From NCBI GenBank assembly GCA_004213175.1, contig SHAT01000002.1, positions 9,767-73,766 of the forward strand: 64,000 bases of DNA, read 5' to 3'. The notes beneath the pieces are model-generated. The model saw only the letters and a list, made by a program, of their open reading frames with translations. It ran no database searches and had not been told where the DNA came from. Every line of letters begins with the position of its first letter. Position 1 is the stretch's first letter. The translations under genes and the position numbers were made by a program. This document shows positions 56,105 to 64,000 of the stretch, one piece after another. Source of the DNA: Pseudomonadota bacterium. GTDB lineage: Bacteria > SAR324 > NAC60-12.

Positions 56105-57417
56105 GTAGTGCTTCCATTTTCCAGGATCTGAATGACCTCTCCCACTAAATAAAAAGATCCGGCAACTACAACAGGTTTATCAACAGCGAGTATTGCATTT
56201 TTCAAAGATTCTTCCACAGATGAGCTATGTAAAATTTTTGGCGAATGTTGGAATTTAGCACATTTCGTAATAAAGATTTCTAAAGACTCTGCAGTTGCGC
56301 TTCTTGGCGAAGACATTGTGGTAAAAATGAGATTCTCAGCTTTTTCACACAAATCTTTCAAAGGAATTCGTAATGTTGGTTTTAGTTTGTCTGCAGCCAT
56401 TCCCAAAATAAGTGTACAGGGAAAAAGTTTGTTCACAGATATAAAATCTACTAGAGCCGTCAATGCATCAGAATTATGCCCTCCGTCAAATAAAATAGTG
56501 TTAATTAATTTTCCATGTTTACGCCAGAATACGTTTCTCCGTAACTCAAGACGTCCTCTTATCTTTACTTGTTTAGTTATTTCTAACCATTTTTGTTTAT
56601 CAGAAATTTTGCCGTTAAAAAGCACATCCATTGCGCATAAACTTGTCTTTATACAAGCCATCCTAGGTTTCGAAAAACTTTCAGATGACAATTGATTATT
56701 CGGATAATATCGATCAAAAATCTCATCCACAAAATAATAAGGCACCTTCAATTTGCCAAACTGCTGGGCCAACCACGGTATCAATTCAGGAGGCTGATCC
56801 GCAACTATTATAGGTACACCAGGAATTGTAATACCAATTTTTTCTGCTGCGATTTCTCGCAAACTATTTCCGAGAGCTTCCTGATGATCAAGGCCAATCC
56901 TTGTCAAAACGCATAATTTTTTTGCTGTCACATTAGTTGAATCTGCCAGCCCTCCTAAACCAGTTTCCAAAACAACCCACTCCATTTTTTCAGTCATGAA
57001 AGCATGAAAGGCAATTGCAGTTAATATATCAAAATATGAAAGGTAGGGACTCCCCCTGTAGCCTCGTGCAAATTTAAGTACCAGAGATGCACTCTGAGTA
57101 AAGGTACTTTTAGAAATAAACTGATTGTTAATAGTTATTCGTTCCCTAATATCTGTCAGATGCGGTGAAGTATAACAACCTGTGTCAAATCCCTGCCCAC
57201 ACAATAAACTGCTGATGATTGTAGCGGTGAAACCTTTCCCGTTTGTTCCGGCAATGTGTATTATTTTGAATTTTTTATGAGGACTTCCTAAATCTTTTAA
57301 CAAAAGGCGGATTCCATCCAGTTTGCTGAGATCTCGTGGCTTTGCTGTGATTTCATAATTACTCCAACTTTCCATCTCTGATAGTACTTGCAGAAACTCT
57401 TTGTCAGAGAGAGACAT
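56101..57417 (-). CDS. folC: Folylpolyglutamate synthase / dihydrofolate synthase
   Basis: 438 aa. The P-loop is HIAGTNGKGFT and the fold is the Mur-ligase type. Confidence 0.85.
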   Translation of the reverse strand: MSLSDKEFLQVLSEMESWSNYEITAKPRDLSKLDGIRLLLKDLGSPHKKFKIIHIAGTNGKGFTATIISSLLCGQGFDTGCYTSPHLTDIRERITINNQFISKSTFTQSASLVLKFARGYRGSPYLSYFDILTAIAFHAFMTEKMEWVVLETGLGGLADSTNVTAKKLCVLTRIGLDHQEALGNSLREIAAEKIGITIPGVPIIVADQPPELIPWLAQQFGKLKVPYYFVDEIFDRYYPNNQLSSESFSKPRMACIKTSLCAMDVLFNGKISDKQKWLEITKQVKIRGRLELRRNVFWRKHGKLINTILFDGGHNSDALTALVDFISVNKLFPCTLILGMAADKLKPTLRIPLKDLCEKAENLIFTTMSSPRSATAESLEIFITKCAKFQHSPKILHSSSVEESLKNAILAVDKPVVVAGSFYLVGEVIQILENGSTT

Positions 57418-57545
57418 TTTGTCTTTTCGGAAGAAAGCAGATTTTCACTCTGCTAAAATCTGGAAGGGGAACTATTTCTTCGTCTGGGTCAATAAAACGA
57501 AGAAAAATTTTCATTGTTATTTATTAAACAAATTTAGGAGTAGTT

Positions 57546-58397
57546 TTATTTTAGGTACTTAAAAAATTTACTGTCCGCATCCATCAGCAATGTAGTACCT
57601 TCTTTCAAGCTGTTACGATAAACATCATTAGAACGCAGAAACTTAAAAAAATCTCTGTCTTTATCATATGCATCTGCATATATTCTCGTGGTTTTTGCAT
57701 CTGCTTTACCACGTGTTTCTTCGTTGATTTTTTTTGCTTCAGCAATAATTTCGACTCGCTCTCTGTCTGCATCAGAACGAATTTTCAGCGATTCTTCATC
57801 ACCTTGAGAACGATATAATTTTGCTTGACGCCTCCGTTCGGCATTCATTCGGCCAAATACTGCCTGACTATTTTGTTCAGGTAGATCCGCACGTTTTATA
57901 CGCACATCTAAAATCTCTATACCAAAATTTTTCGCATTTTGTCTGGAACGTAAAGTAATGGCTTCTCGGATTTCTCTCCGGTTTCCTGATACGATTTCCA
58001 CCAATGTGTGTTGTCCAAGTACCTCACGTGTTTGTGAATAGATAATATCATCCAGACGTGCATGTGCTCCTGCAGTTGTTCGTACTGTTTCATAAAATTT
58101 AAGTGGATCCATAACCCGCCACTTGGAGTAGGTGTCAACTTTCATTTCTTTTTTGTCTTTAGTAAATACTGCGCCTGGGTCAGCATCATAATCCTGCAGC
58201 CTATTTTCCATAAAAATGATACGACTTACAAATGGCATCTTGAAATTGAGCCCAGGCTCCATGACAATGTCAACAGGGTCACCTAATAAAATTTCAATCG
58301 CGTACTGAGTCTTGTCCACAATATATGTGCTCAAATAAATGGAAAAAACTGTTAGGAGGAGAAGGATCCCTCCGAAATTTGATAGCTTTCCTGACAT
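57546..58397 (-). CDS. hflC: SPFH/band-7 protein (HflC-like)
   Basis: 283 aa with an N-terminal TM anchor, an SPFH domain and a coiled-coil Ala/Glu/Arg-rich C-terminus. No adjacent hflK. Confidence 0.7.
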   Translation of the reverse strand: MSGKLSNFGGILLLLTVFSIYLSTYIVDKTQYAIEILLGDPVDIVMEPGLNFKMPFVSRIIFMENRLQDYDADPGAVFTKDKKEMKVDTYSKWRVMDPLKFYETVRTTAGAHARLDDIIYSQTREVLGQHTLVEIVSGNRREIREAITLRSRQNAKNFGIEILDVRIKRADLPEQNSQAVFGRMNAERRRQAKLYRSQGDEESLKIRSDADRERVEIIAEAKKINEETRGKADAKTTRIYADAYDKDRDFFKFLRSNDVYRNSLKEGTTLLMDADSKFFKYLK

Positions 58398-58564
58398 AAA
58401 TAATTACCTAGTGTTTAAATGAAGATTTATAAGTCGACTAATAAATTTGAGTAAGTGTATAAGTCAACTTTATTTCTAGTCATAGATTGTCGATAATATA
58501 AGCATTCTTGTCAAGTTGAAATAGTGCACCGAGTCTATAGCCAAGTTATTGTAAAAAAAGATTT

Positions 58565-58825
58565 ATGATTAAATTAAAATCACCTCGTCAGCAGGAGCAA
58601 ATTCTTGCTTTGGCAATGCGACAAATCGAGAAACTGTTGAAAGAAATGCAGAATGACGGTAAAGACTTGTCTCGTTTAAAACTTAAGAAATTTCAAAAGA
58701 CTCACCACATTGACTGCAAATGCAAATTATGTGAAGTTGCCAAAAACAAAAATGATCCTCGTTTACGCGGGCTCATTGAAGATGGTTTCAAAGTTTATGT
58801 GAATAATGACAAAAAGAGTTTTTGA
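58565..58825 (+). CDS. Hypothetical small basic protein
   Basis: 86 aa with a CxC...CxxC arrangement. It ends 0 nt before prmA. Confidence 0.3.
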   Translation: MIKLKSPRQQEQILALAMRQIEKLLKEMQNDGKDLSRLKLKKFQKTHHIDCKCKLCEVAKNKNDPRLRGLIEDGFKVYVNNDKKSF

Positions 58826-59716
58826 ATGCAGGCCGACTCATCAATTGAACATACATATTTTGAAATCTGCTGTACTTTGGCTATTGGGACTGAAGAACTG
58901 TGGAGTTGGTTTTGTTTTGAAAAAGGCGCGCTTGGTGTAGAAACATTGTCGGAATCCCAAATTGCGTTGACCCTCAGGATTTTCTTTGAACATAAACCAT
59001 TGGGAGGAGCGCAGAAATTAGTTGAGGATTTTCGCTCTGTATCGGCGTCAGAATCAATAATTAAAATCCGTGAAGAAGGTCTCCGTCCTGTTTTAAACTG
59101 GCAGGCGAACTGGCGTGAACATTTTCGGTCTGTCAAGGTTGGGGGAACACTAATCATTCTCCCTTCCTGGGATACAGGATTTGAACTTGACGGCCGACAT
59201 CCAGTTTGGATTGACCCCGGACAGAGTTTTGGTACAGGACATCATATCTCGACCGTATTAGCATTAGAAATACTAGAGAAATATATTTTGAACGCAAATT
59301 ATAAGCCGGAAATTATGCTGGATATTGGAATTGGTTCCGGGATACTGGCCATTGCCGCCTGCCGTCTCGGCATACAAAAAGTCCGAGGTGTTGATATTGA
59401 AACTGGAGCAGTCTCGGAAGTTGAGCGAAATAGTAGACTGAACGGTTTTTACGGGAGGATAAAGGCAATGATCGGGACACCCTCTTTTTTGAAAAAATCA
59501 GCTCCGCTCGTTATTAGCAATATGCTGCTGCATGAATTGTTGGCTGTCCGCCATGATCTTGTACGACTCACAAGTTCGGGGGGAACTTTGATATGCAGCG
59601 GGCTCCTGATGAAGCAGCTTGATGAATTAAGCAGTACATTTACACAGCTAGGTTTTGAATGCTGTTCAACCTTAGTGCGTGGAAACTGGGGTGCTGTTCA
59701 GTTTAAGCGGATTTAG
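58826..59716 (+). CDS. prmA: Ribosomal protein L11 methyltransferase
   Basis: 296 aa. PrmA motifs are FGTGHH.ST.L.LE and the SAM-binding DIGIGSGILAIAA. Confidence 0.85.
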   Translation: MQADSSIEHTYFEICCTLAIGTEELWSWFCFEKGALGVETLSESQIALTLRIFFEHKPLGGAQKLVEDFRSVSASESIIKIREEGLRPVLNWQANWREHFRSVKVGGTLIILPSWDTGFELDGRHPVWIDPGQSFGTGHHISTVLALEILEKYILNANYKPEIMLDIGIGSGILAIAACRLGIQKVRGVDIETGAVSEVERNSRLNGFYGRIKAMIGTPSFLKKSAPLVISNMLLHELLAVRHDLVRLTSSGGTLICSGLLMKQLDELSSTFTQLGFECCSTLVRGNWGAVQFKRI

Positions 59717-60378
59717 AAAAAAATTGAAGAAGTTTTAATAATATCTTTAACAAAGTCAATTAAAAAAACAAAATATCTCCCAATAGTTGTGACTATAGAC
59801 GTTTGACTCTTTGAATAGGGGCTAAGTAAAAAAATAAATTTACTAATTAAATAATTAAAATTTTGGGATCATTCATTTAATTTATCTTTCCATGAAAACT
59901 GTTTAATATCCTCTTGACATTCCTACAGTTCAACAAGATTATACCGTGGTTGAGCATTAAGAAGTCATTCACTAAATCTATTTTTTACATGTTTTGATCT
60001 AAATTTAGGGGACAAACCGTATATATAAAAGATAAAGTAGAAACTTGTAATTAAAATGCTGACCTCAATTTAATCAGTATCGTTAATTTGGATTGTTGCC
60101 AATCGTATTAGCAAGTGTAATATAATTATTGCAGTTTAAGTTGGGGTAGCGTTGGTTTTATGATATGTTACTTAAAAACGTTTCATTTTCAGGATAAATG
60201 ACTACAATAAGTCGGATGTAAGAATTGATTTAATTGTTTTTCCAAGTCAGACTTTTACCGGATCAACAAGTGTTATGACAGTTTTTCTGTATTTTTTAGG
60301 AGTCTTTTTGTAGCTGTTAATACTTCAATTGTTTCAGTAGAGAGTAATCCGAAGTTCAAAATTGTTTGAAAAAAGATT

Positions 60379-60747
60379 ATGACACAAGAATCATTAGAAA
60401 GTGCATTAACTGTATCACTTACTCTTATGCTTGGTTTTGCAACACTGGACCTTGCCTTGTTCATCTTGGCTGGAACAGCAGTTGTGACAGTAATTTTTCA
60501 CACAATATCGATCTGGATTTCTTTACGTTACCGTTTAGTTTTTGATCTGGTAAAACTTCTTGAAACCTCAGCTCTATTGATTGATTTGTATTTAATAAAC
60601 ACTTCTGGCTACGCTTTAGCATCCCCTATTGCAACACTTGTTACTATCATTCACATTTCACACAATAAAAATACTCATCTCAGCAAACTCAAAAACGATC
60701 TTGAGAAAGTGTTAGCATCAAAACAGAAAGATGCTGAAAATGATTAA
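60379..60747 (+). CDS. Hypothetical small membrane protein
   Basis: 122 aa with three predicted TM helices, inside a 1.3-kb AT-rich gap. Weak support. Confidence 0.3.
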   Translation: MTQESLESALTVSLTLMLGFATLDLALFILAGTAVVTVIFHTISIWISLRYRLVFDLVKLLETSALLIDLYLINTSGYALASPIATLVTIIHISHNKNTHLSKLKNDLEKVLASKQKDAEND

Positions 60748-61054
60748 AAGTGAAAAGCTTAAGCATCTCTGTTTACTATAAAGCCTGAAATCTTAATCCG
60801 ATTCGTTTTTACGTTTTAAACAAAATTTATCGCCTTGCTCTAAATGACAAGGTCTTATGATTTATTAACTATTTCTAGTAAAATCTGGGAAAACTAAAAC
60901 TGAATTAATTTATTTGAGATGATAGGAAATAATTCTGAAATAGTGGCTATTGGTTTTGCTATCACTTGCAGTTGTTTTAATAGCATTTTTCCTCCCTGAT
61001 AAGAGTGTGCTTCAACCTACCTGACCGTAACACCAAACATTATTTTTCAGCATT

Positions 61055-61825
61055 TTGAATCAATTAATTAACACAAAAAAACTAGAATCAGTTTGGTATG
61101 GACCTCCTCCAGAATTAGCCCCAACACTCGTCTTTTTGCATGAAGGGCTAGGCTGTGTCTCTCTATGGAAAGACTTTCCAAAAAAATTAGCTGAAAAAAC
61201 AGGATGTGGTGCCTTGGTTTTCAGTAGGCTTGGTTACGGAAAATCAAATCCATGTATACTTCCTCGTGCACTTGATTTCATGCATCATGAAGCTATAAGT
61301 GAACTTCCAGAGATTTTACTGCAAAAAAATATATGCAAGCATATTCTTGTGGGACATTCAGATGGAGCTTCGATTGCTTTAATTAATGCAGCTGAGAAAC
61401 CTTCAGAATACCTGCTTGGAATTGTAAATGAAGCACCACACGTTTTTTGTGAACAGCTAACTAAGGATTCAATCCAAAAAATAAAAAAACTTTTCTTGAC
61501 CGGAAATTTGAGGGAAAGTTTGAAGAAACATCACGGAGCAAATGTTGATTGTGCTTTCCACGGTTGGGCTGATGTCTGGCTTCATCCTGACTTTTCTTCT
61601 TGGAACATAGAAGGGTGCATTCAAAAAATAAGGGTCCCGCAGTTAATTGTTCAGGGGAATGACGACGAATATGGTACCTCCGAACAAGTAGAAGCTATTG
61701 TCCGTCAATCAGGAAGTATTGTAGAATCATGTTTCCTGGAAAACTGTGGACATTCTCCTCATCGTGACCAGGAAATTCAAACTTTAGAAATCATGTCTAA
61801 ATTCGTCAAAAATTTGCTTGTTTGA
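61055..61825 (+). CDS. Alpha/beta-fold hydrolase
   Basis: 256 aa. The nucleophile elbow is GHSDGASIAL (GxSxG), with a conserved Asp/His downstream. Confidence 0.7.
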   Translation: MNQLINTKKLESVWYGPPPELAPTLVFLHEGLGCVSLWKDFPKKLAEKTGCGALVFSRLGYGKSNPCILPRALDFMHHEAISELPEILLQKNICKHILVGHSDGASIALINAAEKPSEYLLGIVNEAPHVFCEQLTKDSIQKIKKLFLTGNLRESLKKHHGANVDCAFHGWADVWLHPDFSSWNIEGCIQKIRVPQLIVQGNDDEYGTSEQVEAIVRQSGSIVESCFLENCGHSPHRDQEIQTLEIMSKFVKNLLV

Positions 61826-61965
61826 AGTAATACATTGCTTTTTATATGGCAAATCACTTGAATATTAGTAGTACAGGCTTTAATGTTAGCTTATAAAGCT
61901 TAGTTCTAGGAAGTTTTTTTACAAATATAATCCAGACATATTTCTCAAAAAGTCAATATTCTGTA

Positions 61966-62424
61966 ATGTCTACTGTGCTTTTGCTAAATGGCCCTAATCT
62001 TAATTTGCTTGATAGCGGAAAAACTGAACTTTACAGTAAAACGGCCCTTAAGGATTTTGAAAAACAAGTTTCGTTAACGCTTCGAGAACGAAAGATAGAA
62101 TGTCTGGCATTCCATTCAAATTCAGAACAAGAATTAATTAACTGGTTAGATAAAAGACGCGACGCTGAATTTTTACTCTTAAATCCTGGAGCCCTGACTA
62201 ATAAAAGTATCAAGCTGAGGAATACTTTGCTTGAAATTGAAATCCCTTTTCTGGAAATTAAACTTTCCAACACGCATAAACATGAAGAATTTCAACACCA
62301 CTCTTGCTTTTCCGATATCGCAATTGGGTCACTGGTTGGTCTGGGAATTAAAGGCTATTTGCTGGCAGCACAGTTTGCAGTGGATTATCTTGAGCAAATG
62401 TCAAAAGATTCACCCAATGACTGA
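61966..62424 (+). CDS. aroQ: 3-dehydroquinate dehydratase, type II
   Basis: 152 aa (LLLNGPNLNLL, LLLNPGALT, SNTHKHEEFQHHS). Confidence 0.85.
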   Translation: MSTVLLLNGPNLNLLDSGKTELYSKTALKDFEKQVSLTLRERKIECLAFHSNSEQELINWLDKRRDAEFLLLNPGALTNKSIKLRNTLLEIEIPFLEIKLSNTHKHEEFQHHSCFSDIAIGSLVGLGIKGYLLAAQFAVDYLEQMSKDSPND

Positions 62425-62459
62425 TTCTTAATTATCTACAGTATTCTTCTCAGAATTCT

Positions 62460-63500
62460 TTGCTCGTTATGAGAATTACCTCCTCGACAATTATTTTAAT
62501 TTTCAACTTTTTGCTCTGCTGCGCAACAACATACATGGTGGGTTCGTTGCTCAGTACATGGATACATTATCAAGTTTTGTCTATCCCCCTTTCACCACTC
62601 ATAACCTTCCAGACTGAAAAAGATGAGCTGCTGGTCGATTCGGGGAAAGCCCAAAAAGAATTTGCAGTAATTTTGGAGAGAAATATTTTCAATGCTCAAA
62701 AAACTCAAATAGAATTACCAACTTCGCTTCCGGAAGAAGAATTTGTTGCCCAAATTAACACGGATGGTGAAGCCGTCGAACACACGCGTTTAAATATTGC
62801 GCTTGCAGGTACAATGATTTACGGAGAGAGGGATTCATTTGCATTCATCAGTAAAAAAGATAGTTTAAACAAATATGTAATTTATGGAATAGGAGAATGT
62901 TTTCATGCAAAAACAATTCTACGTGACGAGAAATGCGTTAAAGAAAGTGTAAAAATTCTTAAAATCAGGGATCGCTGGGTTTTGATTCTATATCAGGAAA
63001 AAAAAGAGTCTTTGTGGATGGTCAGCACTGTTAATTCAGGAAAAGCAACGGAATCTGTTACTTTACCAAATAAATCCCAGAACCAAATTATTTCATCACA
63101 GAAAACAACAGCTCTTGCTGTTCCAAAGAAGGGAAATGTTGTAGATGAAAAATCTTTGCTTCCAGCTGCTCCAGTCAAAGAAGGAAATACTTTCCATTTT
63201 CAGCGAGTGTGGGTTGATGAACAACTGGCAAATTTTGAGCAACTGCTTAATGATGCCAGAGTTGTTCCCACAACTAAAGGTGAAAAACCTTATTTTATGT
63301 TTCAGTTCATTAAAGAAGGAAGTATTTACGAAAAATTAGGGCTGAAAAAAAATGATATCATTTTAGAAATAAACGGATTTATTGTTGATTCAGTTGGTAA
63401 AGCACTCAAGTTGTTGGAAGTACTTCAATCGGAAAGGGAGATTTTACTCAAGGTAGAGAGGCAAGACAAAGCTGTAGAGTTCTACTATTATATTGATTAA
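62460..63500 (+). CDS. PDZ-domain membrane protein (GspC-like architecture)
   Basis: 346 aa with an N-terminal TM helix and a C-terminal PDZ-like domain (LGLKKNDIILEINGFIVDSVGKALKLL). No other T2SS genes are nearby. Confidence 0.45.
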   Translation: MLVMRITSSTIILIFNFLLCCATTYMVGSLLSTWIHYQVLSIPLSPLITFQTEKDELLVDSGKAQKEFAVILERNIFNAQKTQIELPTSLPEEEFVAQINTDGEAVEHTRLNIALAGTMIYGERDSFAFISKKDSLNKYVIYGIGECFHAKTILRDEKCVKESVKILKIRDRWVLILYQEKKESLWMVSTVNSGKATESVTLPNKSQNQIISSQKTTALAVPKKGNVVDEKSLLPAAPVKEGNTFHFQRVWVDEQLANFEQLLNDARVVPTTKGEKPYFMFQFIKEGSIYEKLGLKKNDIILEINGFIVDSVGKALKLLEVLQSEREILLKVERQDKAVEFYYYID

Positions 63501-63743
63501 AAGTCATAACTCGTAATTGCATAAATTTGTCTTACTCCAAAATGTTGTGCAAATGCTAATGAACTAGTCTAACTAGTATTTATATCACCGATGTCCACTC
63601 TGATTTAGATTCATACTATTTACCTGGAGACACTGCAACCGATTCCTTGGAATTAGCTAAACACTATCTAAATCATTATAACGCAAGTCACTTCTTTGAC
63701 ATAATTTTTAGATTATGGTTCTAAATTAAAGAAATATGTTTGT

Positions 63744-64000
63744 ATGTCTAAGTTACCAAAAACTATGAAAGGAGTCTGGCTAACTGGCCATGGTGAAACA
63801 AACAAGCTTGATTTTCGCAGTGATATTCCAGTGCCAAAACCAACAGCTAATGATGTTCTCATTCGAGTTGGAGCTACGGCAGTAAACAACACTGATATCA
63901 ATACACGAACAGCATGGTATTCAAAAGGGAAAGCAACAATTAATGATGCCAGTTGGGCTGGTATAGCCATTGATTTTCCACGAATTCAGGGTATTGATGT
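63744..64000 (+). CDS. Zinc-binding alcohol dehydrogenase / quinone oxidoreductase (MDR family); 3' end outside the window
   Basis: The ATG at 63744 opens a frame running to the window end (MSKLPKTMKGVWLTGHGETNKLDFRSDIPVPKPTANDVLIRVGATAVNNTDINTR...), a typical MDR N-terminal GroES-like domain. Confidence 0.6.
   Translation, partial: MSKLPKTMKGVWLTGHGETNKLDFRSDIPVPKPTANDVLIRVGATAVNNTDINTRTAWYSKGKATINDASWAGIAIDFPRIQGID

Noticed and set aside
1-64000. CRISPR arrays, IS elements, integrases or prophage modules
   Set aside because: No regularly spaced direct repeats, no transposase, integrase or recombinase-like ORFs, and no terminal inverted repeats were found.

Overview
This 64-kb window reads as chromosomal DNA from a low-GC (roughly 38-40% by eye) diderm bacterium. 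It carries LPS-transport genes (lptB, lptD), sigma-54 and flagellar-switch homologues. The lineage cannot be fixed from sequence alone; the paralogous TPR lipoproteins and low GC would fit a spirochaete or a Bdellovibrio-like organism. About 55 protein-coding genes and one tRNA are present. Most are housekeeping: a 5'-truncated hydantoinase/oxoprolinase, tctCBA, matB, trpBA, mutS, coaD, rpsU, pspA, rpoN, lptB, ccmB, tRNA-Gln, lptD, yggS, ispG, dgt, infA, argS, mtnN, relA/spoT, folC, prmA and aroQ. I found no integrase, transposase, CRISPR array or phage module. The main observations are: (1) two selenoprotein genes that a stop-codon ORF track cannot see, a SelW/Rdx-like gene with a CVVU motif at 19863-20081 and an orphan PrdB-like gene at 34152-34946, each with an in-frame TGA followed by a SECIS-like hairpin; (2) an isolated pair of flagellar-switch homologues, a FliN/SpoA-domain protein carrying a ~430-aa hyper-acidic internally repeated N-terminal region and a FliM-like protein lacking the CheY-binding N-terminus; (3) three tandem paralogous lipoproteins sharing a C-terminal ISPY+TPR module; (4) a PhyH-like dioxygenase gene interrupted by two in-frame stops; (5) an acyl-CoA module (split MaoC hydratase, family-III CoA transferase, ScfR/RamB-type regulator) beside the tRNA; (6) large AT-rich non-coding tracts. 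All functional calls rest on my own reading of the translated ORFs and recalled family motifs; no database search was run.
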